DNA from: Eledone cirrhosa
Lineage: Eukaryota
Direction: 5' to 3'
Length of the DNA stretch: 64,000 bases
Assembly: GCA_964016885.1 (NCBI GenBank)
Contig: OZ024763.1
Location: 15,810,001-15,874,000, forward strand
In this document: positions 40,984 to 53,616 of the stretch, in pieces
How the letters are laid out: every line of letters starts with the position of its first letter
How positions within the stretch are numbered: position 1 is the stretch's first letter
Made by a program: the position numbers and the translations under genes
Notes under the pieces: model-generated
The model's input: the letters and a program-made list of their open reading frames with translations, nothing else
The model's database searches: none
What the model was told of the DNA's origin: nothing

Positions 40984-41093
40984 TATATATAGTGAAACAA
41001 ATTGTAAACGTTAGAAAACGTTCTATACAGATCACGTTATATAAGGAAAATGATTTTAAACAAAAGGAAAGGGTTTGAAAAGCAGACCTGTCA

Positions 41094-41653
41094 TCTAAAC
41101 TATAATAAAGTAAGGAGTGCTGGACTGCGTACGGTTTATAATTTTTTTATCCTATTAGTAAAATAAGTTGGATTATTTTGAATAAATAATGAATGAATAT
41201 TACATAATTTATCTCCTAAATTTCGTGGCTGTTCATTAAATATATTTTATTATTTATTTAAAGATCGATAAAATAAAGTACCAGTAATGTACTGAGTAAT
41301 TGCTAGCCTTATGCCTAACGTAGAAACAATTATTTATTTAAAGATTGACTTCTTTAAAATTTTCAAATGTCAACACTTCCGATTAGCGATCGCTTAAATA
41401 AACATTAATTTTCTGTCACTAATTTTTTCCTAATGCAGTTTATATATAATATCGTCTTTTTTTTAATGCATCATGGATTACGTTACTGATTACATAAGAT
41501 AATGTAACAGACTCTCTTCAATTTCTGTGTATATTGTCAATTACGATTTTATTTGACGTATCATATCTACATGTATATATACTTGCGTATAATATCAATA
41601 TACACACTACACATGCTAGCAGAAAACTACCCGAGGGGTGGTTTTTCTGCTAG
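41094..41653 (+). mobile_element. Non-autonomous Helitron-like element, copy 1 (SINE fragment inserted at ~41264-41330)
   Basis: 5' end A|TCTAAACTATAATAA, a subterminal hairpin and 3' end CTAG|T. No TSD. Paralogue at 42880-43490. Confidence 0.65.
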
Positions 41654-41654
41654 T

Positions 41655-41858
41655 ATATATAAAGGACCTTTATAACATGTGCAAAAGTTGATGTTAAAAA
41701 TTGATGTTAACAAAGCCTGCTTTGGTCGAGACTCAGTATGCAGGAGTTTTAACGAAAAAACAATTGAACCTAATAACAAATGTTTTGATAATCCCAAACG
41801 GAGAAAGCAGGTTTTGCTAACATCAACTGTTGTACATGTCATAAAGGTCCTTTATATA
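41655..41858. repeat. TA-flanked inverted-repeat element (MITE or PLE fold-back)
   Basis: TATATAAAGGACCTTTATAACATGT.. / ..ACATGTCATAAAGGTCCTTTATATA. Confidence 0.6.
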
Positions 41859-41914
41859 TATATACCAGGTGCGCTTTTCAGACCTTTTTTAGAATCATTT
41901 TCCATATATATATG

Positions 41915-42138
41915 AGACAGTCTATCGACTTTCGTCAAATCGGACCGAGGAAACAATGTTTCCGTTGATCTTTCTAACTGCTAATACTCTCTATCGGTCG
42001 CAACTCCAAGTATAGCAAGACACTTTATTTAAAGTGTCTTGCTCAAGGACATAACGTATCGCCCGATCCAGGAATCAAACTTACAACCAGACGATTACGA
42101 ATGCAATCCTCTAGCACCACTCAACCACGCGCCTTCAC
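41915..42138 (-). mobile_element. SINE family 2
   Basis: AAAGTGTCTTGCTCAAGGAC core and a tRNA-like head at 42060-42138. The 3' part also occurs at 16975-17045. Confidence 0.7.
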
Positions 42139-42345
42139 TCAAGATATGAACCTGTCTATAGAATTTTTTCTGCGTTTGTTACTCTAAATATAGTTTTTAA
42201 AGAATTCCCTTTTCTTTAAACCCATCAACCAATGACCTCCACTCATCCCAATCACCACCCTCTCCTACCACCATATTACTTGGACAGTCGGCTTCCTGGT
42301 GATTTCTCCCGAATGAAACAGTTCTAGTCTTGTAGAACCCTTTTT

Positions 42346-42384
<39 letters not shown>

Positions 42385-42387
<3 letters not shown>

Positions 42388-42729
42388 GGTCGTTTTGGAA
42401 GCCTCAACAATGCAGATGGGTAAATCTCCGGATCGGTTATTTATTTGTGGTCCTGGGTGTTTGATCCAAAGTGCTTCCTTGATTCTTAAAGTGTCGACGT
42501 TGCGTTCTGTCGCTAACACTGTGACAATGGGCCTTCCGTCTTTGTTTCCGCATTTGGTTATGTGTTTCCGGAAAGACGAGGCCCTGGTGTTGTTGTGCTC
42601 CTTGATCCGGATATGTAGTGGCCGGATTGTGCTACCGATATAGTAGTCGTTGCACTTGTGTAACCACTTTAAGAATCAAGGAAGCACTTTGGATCAAACG
42701 CCTAGGACCACAAACAAATAACCGATCCG
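42385..42729 (-). mobile_element. Penelope-like element fragment: GIY-YIG endonuclease C-terminal part with an inverted duplication
   Basis: The minus strand from 42660 translates to HKCNDYYIGSTIRPLHIRIKEH..LRIKEALWIKHPGPQINNR. 42665-42728 is an inverted copy of 42430-42493. Confidence 0.85.
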
Positions 42730-42879
42730 TGTATATATGTATATATATATATAATGCGCCTGATGAAGTAGGCCGGTGTTTTATGCTGTTCCTTCGTGCA
42801 CCTCCGTGTACAATTTGCAGGTGTTGCCATGCCGAGTCCTTTAAATCTAAGGTAGTGTAATATATGTTACGTGTTTGAA

Positions 42880-43490
42880 TCTAAACTATAATAAAGTAAG
42901 GAGCGCGGGACTGCGTACGGTTTATAATTGTTTATCCCATTAGTAAAATAAGTTGGATTACTTTGAATAAATAATTGTTTCTACTTTAGGCACAAGGCCA
43001 GCAATTACCCAGTACATTACTGGTACTTTATTTTATCGACCCCGTAAGGATGAAAGGCAAAGTTAACCTCGGCGGGATTTGAACTCAGAATGGCAGGGGC
43101 CGTAACTCTATGCGTCAAAACATGACTTTCAATAAATAATGAATGAATATTACATAATTTATCTACTAAATTTCGTGGCTGTTGATTAAATATATTTTGT
43201 TTATTTAAAGATTCACTTCTTTAAAATTTCTGAAATTTCAACACTTCCGGTTGGCCATCGCTTAAATAAACATACTAATTTTCTCCTAATGCAGTTGATA
43301 TATAATATCGTCTTTTTTAATGTATCATGGATTACGTTACTGATTAAATAAGACTGTAACGCAGTCTTCGTTCAATTTCTATATATATTGTCAATTACGA
43401 TTTTATTTGATGTATCATATCTACATGAATATATACACCTGCGTATAATATCAATATACACACTACACCTTCGGGTGGTTTTCCTGCTAA
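42880..43490 (+). mobile_element. Non-autonomous Helitron-like element, copy 2 (SINE inserted at ~42973-43130)
   Basis: A|TCTAAACTATAATAA ... CACCTTCGGGTG..CTGCTAA|T. Confidence 0.6.
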
Positions 43491-43825
43491 TCATAATAAT
43501 AAATAATAAACTACCTTCTACACTAGTGTGACCGCCTTCCTTCTTCATTCCATGGACACTTTCTCCAACCATCCTTCCCCCGCTCTCTCACTCGCCCCCT
43601 CTCTCTAAACATCTTTCACTCTCTCTCTCTCTCATCATCTCTTTCTCTCTCTCTGCCTCTCTACCAATCTCTATCATCACCTCATCTCTCCCTCCCTTTT
43701 TCATACTACCTGATGGTCACTCAATAGGGGAATTCAAGAGCACACACACACAGACATATATATATATATACACACACACACAGACACATATATATATATA
43801 TATACACACTACATACACACACACA

Positions 43826-43885
<60 letters not shown>

Positions 43886-43900
43886 CACACACACACAGAC

Positions 43901-43931
<31 letters not shown>

Positions 43932-44034
43932 GACATATATATATATATATATACACACTACATACACACACACTTCTATTTCAGCAAAAGTACTGCTGAC
44001 TATGTGTATGAATGTGAGACTTTAAGATTCTGAT

Positions 44035-45375
44035 GTGTGTACATACATGTAGTGTGTGTGTGTGTCTAAGTGTGTGTACATACATGTAGTGTGTTTGTGT
44101 GTGTGTAAGTGTGTGTACATACATGTAGTGTGTGTGTGTGTGTGTAAGTGTGTGTACATACATGTAGTGTGTGTGTGTGTCTAAGTGTGTGTACATACAT
44201 GTAGTGTGTTTGTGTGTGTGTAAGTGTGTGTACATACATGTAGTGTGTGTGTGTGTAAGTGTGTGTACATACATGTAGTGTGTGTGTAAGTGTGTGTACA
44301 TACATGTAGTGTGTTTGTGTAAGTGTGTGTACATACATGTAGTGTGTGTGTGTGTCTAAGTGTGTGTACATACATGTAGTGTGTTTATGTGTGTGTAAGT
44401 GTGTGTACATACATGTAGTGTGTGTGTGTAAGTGTGTGTACATACATGTAGTGTGTGTGTGTGTGTAAGTGTGTGTACATACATGTAGTGTGTTTGTGTA
44501 AGTGTGTGTACATACATGTAGTGTGTTTGTGTAAGTGTGTGTACATACATGTAGTGTGTTTGTGTAAGTGTGTGTACATACATGTAGTGTGTTTGTGTGT
44601 GTGTAAGTGTGTGTACATACATGTAGTGTGTTTGTGTGTGTGTAAGTGTGTGTACATACATGTAGTGTGTTTGTGTGTGTGTAAGTGTGTGTACATACAT
44701 GTAGTGTGTTTGTGTAAGTGTGTGTACATACATGTAGTGTGTGTGTGTGTGTGTGTGTGTGTCTTAGTGTGTGTACATACATGTAGTGTGTTTGTGTTTG
44801 TCTAAGTGTGTGTACATACATGTAGTGTGTGTTTGTGTGTGTGTAAGTGTGTGTACATACATGTAGTGTGTTTGTGTTTGTCTAAGTGTGTGTACATACA
44901 TGTAGTGTGTGTTTGTGTAAGTGTGTGTACATACATGTACTGTGTTTGTGTGTGTAAGTGTGTGTACATACATGTAGTGTGTTTGTGTAAGTGTGTGTAC
45001 ATATATGTAGTGTGTGTGTAAGTGTGTGTACATAAATGTAGTGTGTTTGTGTGTGTGTAAGTGTGTGTACATACATGTAGTGTGTTTGTGTAAGTGTGTG
45101 TACATACATGTAGTGTGTTTGTGTAAGTGTGTGTACATACATGTAGTGTGTGTGTGTGTGTGTGTGTGTGTGTAAGTGTGTGTACATACATGTAATGTGT
45201 TTGTGTAAGTGTGTGTACATACATGTAGTGTGTGTGTGTGTGTAAGTGTGTGTACATACATGTAATGTGTGTGTGTTTGTGTAAGTGTGTGTACATAGAT
45301 GTAGTGTGTGTGTGTGTTTGTGTAAGTGTGTGTACATACATGTAGTGTGTGTGTGCGTGTACATACATGTGGTGT
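44035..45375. repeat. ~29-40-bp minisatellite with a variable (TG)n spacer
   Basis: Core TAAGTGTGTGTACATACATGTAG. Confidence 0.93.
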
Positions 45376-45540
45376 GTGTGTGTGTGTGCCTATGTGTGTG
45401 TGTCTATATGTGTGTGTATGTGTGCGCACGCTTAAATTACACCATTGCTTGATCATCAGGTAACATGAGAGGGAGAGAGAGAAGGGGAGAGAAAGAGAGA
45501 GAGAGATGGTTAGAAGAAAATGAGAGAGAGGGGGAGAGAT

Positions 45541-45572
<32 letters not shown>

Positions 45573-45721
45573 TGTGAAAGAGAAAGAGAGATGGTTAGAA
45601 GAAATTTAGAGAGAGAGAGAGAAAGAAATGTGAAAGAAAGAAAAAGAGAGAAAGTTAGAGATAGGGAGATGTGAAAGAGAGAGAGAGAGATGCTTAGAGA
45701 GAAAGAGATAGATAGAGATAG

Positions 45722-45759
<38 letters not shown>

Positions 45760-45772
45760 AGGAGGGAGAGAG

Positions 45773-45807
<35 letters not shown>

Positions 45808-46051
45808 GAGATAGATAGATAGAGAGATAGATAGAGAGGGATAGATAGATAGATAGAGTGAGATAGATAGATAGAGAGAGAGCGATAGATAGATAGATAG
45901 ATAGAGAGAGGGAGATAGATAGAGAGAGAGGGGGAGATAGATAGAGAGAGAGGGGGAGATAAAGAGAGAGAGAGGACCATATAGTGTTGAAAGTATGTAG
46001 AAGTAAGTATATACTGGTATATTCAGACAATGGTTTGATATCGCTTGTTAA

Positions 46052-46234
46052 TAATTGTTTCTACGTTTGGCACAAGGCCAGCAATTACCCCAGTACATTA
46101 CTGGTACTTTATTTTATCGACCCCGTAAGGATGAAAGGCAAAGTTAACCTCGGCGGGATTTGAACTCAGAATAGCAAGGGCCGTAACTCTATACGTCAAA
46201 GCATGGCGTCCGACCCTCTACCGATACTGCCAAT

Positions 46235-46237
<3 letters not shown>
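46052..46237 (-). mobile_element. SINE family 1, full length
   Basis: Matches 2926-3107. Confidence 0.85.
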
Positions 46238-46274
<37 letters not shown>

Positions 46275-46690
46275 CTCAACACGTAAATCTAACTTGGAAG
46301 ATGGACGACGGATCGGCGGCGTGTAACACACACAGACACTATCGCTTGTTAATAATAATGGCGGCCGTCGTCAATTTTAAGGAAGACACACGTACGTACG
46401 TTGTTGAACGCTCCGAGCAAATTGGAAGATTTTTGGCAATGTTAATTCTGAGAAAGAGACCTCACACTGCCATTGGTTGTCTTCTCTAAGTAGTTCTCAC
46501 TACACACAATTACTTACCAGATACCCGGAGGTGCTTTTTTATTCTCTGCTAAATCCATTCGCTCGCTAAATTCTACCTCAACTCAATACTGTCTCTCTTT
46601 CACATCTCCCTCCCCCCCCTCCCTCTATCACTCTATCTCTTTATCACTCTCGCTATGTTTCTCTCTCTTTATCTCTTTTTCACATCCCCG

Positions 46691-46746
<56 letters not shown>

Positions 46747-46929
46747 ATCTATCTATCGCTCTCTCTCTCTCTCTTTATCTCTTGTTCACACCTCCCACTA
46801 TCTCTATTTCTCTCTTCCTCTCTCCTCTTACTATCTCTATTTTACATCTCCCCTTCCTCTCTCTAACCATCTTTCTCTATCTCTCTCCTTCAACACAATG
46901 ATCGCTCTCTCTCCCTCTCTAAACATCTG

Positions 46930-49900
46930 TCTCTTTCCTACATCTCGTTCCTTCAACACAATACTCTCTCTCCTACATCTCGTTCCTTCAACACAATACT
47001 CTCTCTCTCTCCTACATCTCCTTCCTTCAACACAATACTCTCTCTCCTACATCTCGTTCCTTCAACACAATACTCTCTCTCTCTCCTACATCTCCTTCCT
47101 TCAACACAATACTCTCTCTCCTACATCTCCTTCCTTCAACACAATACTCTCTCTCCTACATCTCGTTCCTTCAACACAATACTCTCTCTCTCTCCTACAT
47201 CTCCTTCCTTCAACACAATACTCTCTCTCTCTCCTACATCTCCTTCCTTCAACACAATACTCTCTCTCTCTCCTACATCTCCTTCCTTCAACACAATACT
47301 CTCTCTCTCTCCTACATCTCCTTCCTTCAACACAATACTCTCTCTCTCTCCTACATCTCCTTCCTTCAACACAATACTCTCTCTCTCTCCTACATCTCCT
47401 TCCTTCAACACAATACTCTCTCTTTCCTACATCTCGTTCCTTCAACACAACACTCTCTCTCTCTCTCCTACATCTCCTTCCTTCAACACAACACTCTCTC
47501 TCTCTCTCCTACATCTCCTTCCTTCAACACAATACTCTCTCTCTCTCCTACATCTCCTTCCTTCAACACAATACTCTCTCTCCTACATCTCGTTCCTTCA
47601 ACACAATACTCTCTCTCTCTCCTACATCTCCTTCCTTTAACACAATACTCTCTCTCTCTCCTACATCTCCTTCCTTCAACACAATACTCTCTCTCTCCTA
47701 CATCTCGTTCCTTCAACACAATACTCTCTCTCTCTCCTACATCTCCTTCCTTCAACACAATACTCTCTCTCTCTCCTACATCTCCTTCCTTCAACACAAT
47801 ACTCTCTCTCTCCTTCATCTCGTTCCTTCAACACAATACTCCCTCTTTCCTACATCTCGTTCCTTCAACACAATACTCTCTCTCTCCTACATCTCGTTCC
47901 TTCAACACAATACTCTCTCTCTCCAACATCTCCTTCCTTCAACACAATACTCTCTCTTTCCTACATCTCGTTCCTTCAACACAACACTCTCTCTCTCTCT
48001 CCTACATCTCCTTCCTTCAACACAATACTCTCTCTCTCCTACATCTCCTTCCTTCAACACAATACTCTCTCTCTCCTACATCTCCTTCCTTCAACACAAT
48101 ACTCTCTCTCTCTCCTACATCTCGTTCCTTCAACACAATACTCCCTCTTTCCTACATCTCGTTCCTTCAACACAATACTCTCTCTCTCCTACATCTCGTT
48201 CCTTCAACACAATACTCTCTCTCTCCTACATCTCCTTCCTTCAACACAATACTCTCTCTCTCCTACATCTCCTTCCTTCAACACAATACTCTCTCTCTCC
48301 TACATCTCCTTCCTTCAACACAATACTCTCTCTTTCCTACATCTCCTTCCTTCAACACAATACTCTCTCTCTCTCCTACATCTCCTTCCTTCAACACAAT
48401 ACTCTCTCTTTCCTACATCTCGTTCCTTCAACACAATACTCTCTCTCCTACATCTCGTTCCTTCAACACAATACTCTCTCTTTCCTACATCTCGTTCCTT
48501 CAACACAACACTCTCTCTCTCTCTCCTACATCTCCTTCCTTCAACACAATACTCTCTCTCTCCTACATCTCCTTCCTTCAACACAATACTCTCTCTCTCT
48601 CCTACATCTCCTTCCTTCAACACAATACTCTCTCTCTCCTATATCTCGTTCCTTCAACACAATACTCTCTCTCTCTCTCTCTCTCCTACATCACCTTCCT
48701 TCAACACAATACTCTCTCTCTCTCTTTCCTACATCTCCTTCCTTCAACACAATACTCTCTCTTTCCTACATCTCGTTCCTTCAACACAATACTCTCTCTC
48801 TCTCTCCTACATCTCCTTCCTTCAACACAATACTCTCTCTCTCTCCTACATCTCCTTCCTTCAACACAATACTCTCTCTCCTACATCTCGTTCCTTCAAC
48901 ACAATACTCTCTCTCTCTCCTACATCTCCTTCCTTCAACACAATACTCTCTCTCTCTCCTACATCTCCTTCCTTCAACACAATACTCTCTCTCTCCTACA
49001 TCTCCTTCCTTCAACACAATACACTCTCTCTCCTACATCTCCTTCCTTCAACACAATACTCTCTATCTCTCCTACATCTCCTTCCTTCAACACAATACTC
49101 TCTCTCTCTTTCCTACATCTCGTTCCTTCAACACAATACTCTCTCTCCTACATCTCGTTCCTTCAACACAATACTCTCTCTCTCTCTCCTACATCTCGTT
49201 CCTTCAACACAATACTCTCTCTTTCCTACATCTCGTTCCTTCAACACAATACTCTCTCTTTCCTACATCTCGTTCCTTCAACACAATACTCTCTCTCCTA
49301 CATCTCGTTCCTTCAACACAATACTTTCTCTCTCTCTCCTACATCTCGTTCCTTCAACACAATACTCTCTCTCTCTCGCCTACATCTCGTTCCTTCAACA
49401 CAATACTCTCTCTTTCCTACATCTCGTTCCTTCAACACAATACTCTCTCTTTCCTACATCTCGTTCCTTCAACACAATACTCTCTCTTTCCTACATCTCG
49501 TTCCTTCAACACAATACTCTCTCTTTCCTACATCTCGTTCCTTCAACACAATACTCTCTCTCCTACATCTCGTTCCTTCAACACAATACTCTCTCTCTCT
49601 CTCCTACATCTCGTTCCTTCAACACAATACTCTCTCTCTCTCTCTCCTACATCTCGTTCCTTCAACACAATACTCTCTCTTTCCTACATCTCGTTCCTTC
49701 AACACAATACTCTCTCTTTCCTACATCTCGTTCCTTCAACACAATACTCTCTCTCCTACATCTCGTTCCTTCAACACAATACTCTCTCTCTCTCTCCTAC
49801 ATCTCGTTCCTTCAACACAATACTCTCTCTCTCTCTCCTACATCTCGTTCCTTCAACACAATACTCTCTCTTTCCTACATCTCGTTCCTTCAACACAATA

Positions 49901-50053
49901 CTCTCTCTCTCCTACATCTCGTTCCTTCAACACAATACTCTCTCTCTCTCCTACATCTCGTTCCTTCAACACAATACTCTCTCTGTCTCCTACATCTCGT
50001 TCCTTCAACACAATACTCTCTCTCTCTTCTACATCTCGTTCCTTCAACACAAT
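46930..50053. repeat. ~37-45-bp minisatellite, about 78 copies
   Basis: CCTACATCTC(G/C)TTCCTTCAACACAATA(CT)n. Confidence 0.96.
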
Positions 50054-50186
50054 GCTATCAACTACTGTATCACTTCCAATGTAACCGATGGTGAACAGTT
50101 AGATTTGGCAGGGTTCTAACACTGCCTGCCAGTATTAAAGCTACCGATCTATCTTTGAGATTAAAAGTTCAAACCTCACCGTTATC

Positions 50187-50335
50187 ATTGGCAGTAGAAT
50201 CGGTAGCGCATCGGACAATGTGCTTTGTGTCATGTAGATACGTCCCTTTACCTTTCATCCTTACGGGGTTGATAAAATAAAGTACTAGGGATCGGTTTAA
50301 TCGACTGGTTCTTAGTGTTGTCCCTAACTCAGAAA
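50187..50335 (+). mobile_element. Diverged SINE family 1
   Basis: TGGCAGTAGAATCGGTAG..CCTTTCATCCTTACGGGGTTGATAAAATAAAGTAC. Confidence 0.6.
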
Positions 50336-50388
50336 TGATATTTTTTTTATTGGTCAGATATGTATGTTTGAGCCATTTTAAACTTTTG

Positions 50389-50449
<61 letters not shown>

Positions 50450-50733
50450 AGGGCAGAGAGGGGGGGGAGCAGAGACAGATGGAGAAAGAGAGGAGGAGAG
50501 AGAGAGATAAGTGAGAGTGGCAGAGATAGGGAGAGCGAGAGAGGTGGAGAGAGAGAGAGAGAGATGCAGAGATAGGGAAAGCGAGAGTGATGGTGAGAGA
50601 TGGTGAGAGAGAGAGAGAGAGATGGAGACGTAGAATTCTTTGCGGTATTCGATCTAGCCCTTTGCCATCTTTCAGTTCACAATGACGATATAATACATTA
50701 ATTAGTTTAAGGCTTGATAGAGCAGGAAACAAG

Positions 50734-50769
50734 TCTTGATGTTTCGAACGTTGATCCTTCATCGGAAGA
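50734..50769 (-). ncRNA. Minimal hammerhead motif (U4C variant)
   Basis: Reverse complement: TCTT-CCGATGA-A-GGA..TTC-GAAA-CA-TC-AAGA. Confidence 0.6.
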
Positions 50770-50997
50770 TAGAGCAAAAGATATAGAGAAGACGAAACGA
50801 AAGAGGAAAAGACGTGTGTAGTTAGTCAACTATTTTGATGTTCTCGGAAAACACCCGGCTGTGTTTAGTAATGGTCCCTAAAGCTTCCGTGTTCGAATCC
50901 CATCCGGAGGCGGGTCGATTTCATTCTTCATCTATATAAGAGTGATCACATAACTTACATATGCACACAAACAAACACATATATTATACACTGTATG

Positions 50998-51051
<54 letters not shown>

Positions 51052-51106
51052 AATATGATAATAAGGACGCTGCGGAGTTGCAAATGGGTTACATATGAAT
51101 AAAGTT

Positions 51107-51210
51107 TGTCCTTCATCAGTGGTCTTCCAACCATCATAGGCATTTCATCGCTTTAAAGACCATATACCTCCGGTTGGTGCGAGCAACGGCTAAAAAAAGT
51201 CGTTGGGACA
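51107..51210 (-). ncRNA. Non-circularly permuted (pseudoknotted) hammerhead ribozyme candidate, best-preserved copy
   Basis: Reverse complement: TGTCC-[hairpin]-C-TCGC-A-CCAACC-GG-AGGTAT-A^TGGTC-TTTAAA-GCGA-T-GAAA-TGCCT-ATGAT-GGTTGG-AA-GACCA-CTGATGA-A-GGACA. Confidence 0.7.
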
Positions 51211-51675
51211 CGTAAATAAAGGGGACGCGAGGGTAAACAAACAAAATGGTGAAGCAACAGAAAGTGAGGAAGAGAGAGACAAGTCCCAGATTTCTATGAA
51301 TTTAAATTCGGTGAAATCGTGAACGAGAGATGCAATGTATGTGATTGACGAGCAGATCGACACTGGAGTCGGGTCCATAACTTGCATGGGGGACGTTGAG
51401 CCAAATAACTGCGAAACACGCGTAACAGTTTGATGCACAATAAAAATATAAATACATAGAAACAAAACTTCATCTTTTTTCTTATATATATATATGGGGA
51501 TTGATAAAATCGATTATACACACAACTTATAAATTCCTGGTCTGGTGCCAACCTTACTAATCAATATCTTTATTGTAAATATGTTGTTTTAAGTATATAT
51601 ATATTTATTAAAATAACAGATTAAAGTTTAAGCAAAGAATCGCTGCTTTCACCCTTAACGGGATCTTCTGAAATA

Positions 51676-52407
51676 TACATATATATGTATATACACACAT
51701 ATATATATATACATACATATATATAAACATACATGTATATAAACATACATATATATATATATATATATACATATATATAAACACATATATATATATATAT
51801 ATATACATATATATAAACACATATATATATACATATATAAACATACATATATATATATACATATATAAACATACATATATATAAACATACATATATGTAT
51901 ATTTATATATATGTATATTTATATATATGTATGTTTATATATATATATGTATATATATATATGTATGTTTATATATGTATGTTTATATAAGTATATATAT
52001 ATATGTATATGTATATATAAATATACATATATATAAACATACATATACATATATATAAACATACATATACATATATATACATACATATAAACATACATAT
52101 ATATACATACATACATATATATATACATACATATATATATACATACATATATATATATACATACATACATATATATAAACGTACATATATATATATAAAC
52201 ATATATATATATATATATAAACATATATATATATATATAAACATATATATATATATATATATAAACATATATATATATATATAAACATATATATATATAT
52301 ATATATAAACATATATATATATATATATATAAACATATATATATATATATATATAAACATATATATATATATATATATATAAACATATATATATATATAT
52401 ATATATA

Positions 52408-52442
<35 letters not shown>

Positions 52443-52473
52443 ATATATATATATATATATATATAAACATATA

Positions 52474-52520
<47 letters not shown>

Positions 52521-52550
52521 ATATATATATATAAACATATATATATATAA

Positions 52551-52598
<48 letters not shown>

Positions 52599-52629
52599 AC
52601 ATATATATATATATATATAAATATATATA
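51676..52629. repeat. (TA)n-rich microsatellite
   Basis: Direct reading. Confidence 0.95.
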
Positions 52630-53237
52630 TGGTGGCTGCCAACTCGTTTTCGAGTACGGCCACTACTTTATATCCATGTAGGAGAACCCCTACCGATGCG
52701 CTGAACGAATGTGACTTTAGTCCAGCCAGCGACTTGAAAACTCTGGTACAAAGACTACACTTGTGACCATTATTGACACATAGTGCAGGGCCCATGGTAC
52801 CATGTGATGACAAGTGCAGAGAGATCTCCAGATATAAAGCAATGCCTGTGCTGTGAAGCTTTTATAGTGAGCAAAGGCACTGCACAAAGCCAGTCCCACT
52901 CTCTTAACCAAGATGATATTTACCAAAAAGAAGAACAAGTCAACATCATTGGATACCATCAGAGTTGCAGGTGTTATATCAGAGTTTTCCTTCTCCTAGA
53001 ATTCTGCCTTGACAAAGGCTAAGGGGTCATCTCTCCCGGTGATTTTGGATGGCTATTGACTCTTAAGAGCTCCCTTGCCCTTTGACAGGTTTTGTTTTTA
53101 GTCCTGCAGGATGTCCAAAGTCACCCTCCTCACCAAGAAACCTTGGTGGGGTTGCCAGTTTAGTCGCCAACGACCCGACCATGAGACAGGTTGTACTGGG
53201 ATACATGTTACCAGTAGCACCAACTGGTGACCTGACA
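52630..53237 (-). mobile_element. Full-length bipartite RTE-derived element
   Basis: Colinear with 4836-5444. C2H2 motif [19 protein letters not shown]. Confidence 0.8.
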
Positions 53238-53616
53238 TATATATATATATATATATATAAACATATATATATATAAATATATATATAAACATATATATAT
53301 ATAAATATATATATAAAACATATATATATATAAATATATATATAAACATATATATATATATATATATATAAACATATATATATATATAAACATATATATA
53401 AATATATAAACATATATAAATATATAAACATATATATATATAAATATATACACACACATATATATATATATATATACATATATATATAAACATATATATA
53501 TATATATAAATATATAAATATATACACACATATATAAACATATATATAAACATATATATATACATATATATATATATACATATATATACATATATATATA
53601 CATATATATATATATA

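Noticed and set aside
46655-50119. 1154-aa ORF
   Set aside because: It is a C/T-rich minisatellite with variable unit length that drifts through all three frames, so it is open only by composition.
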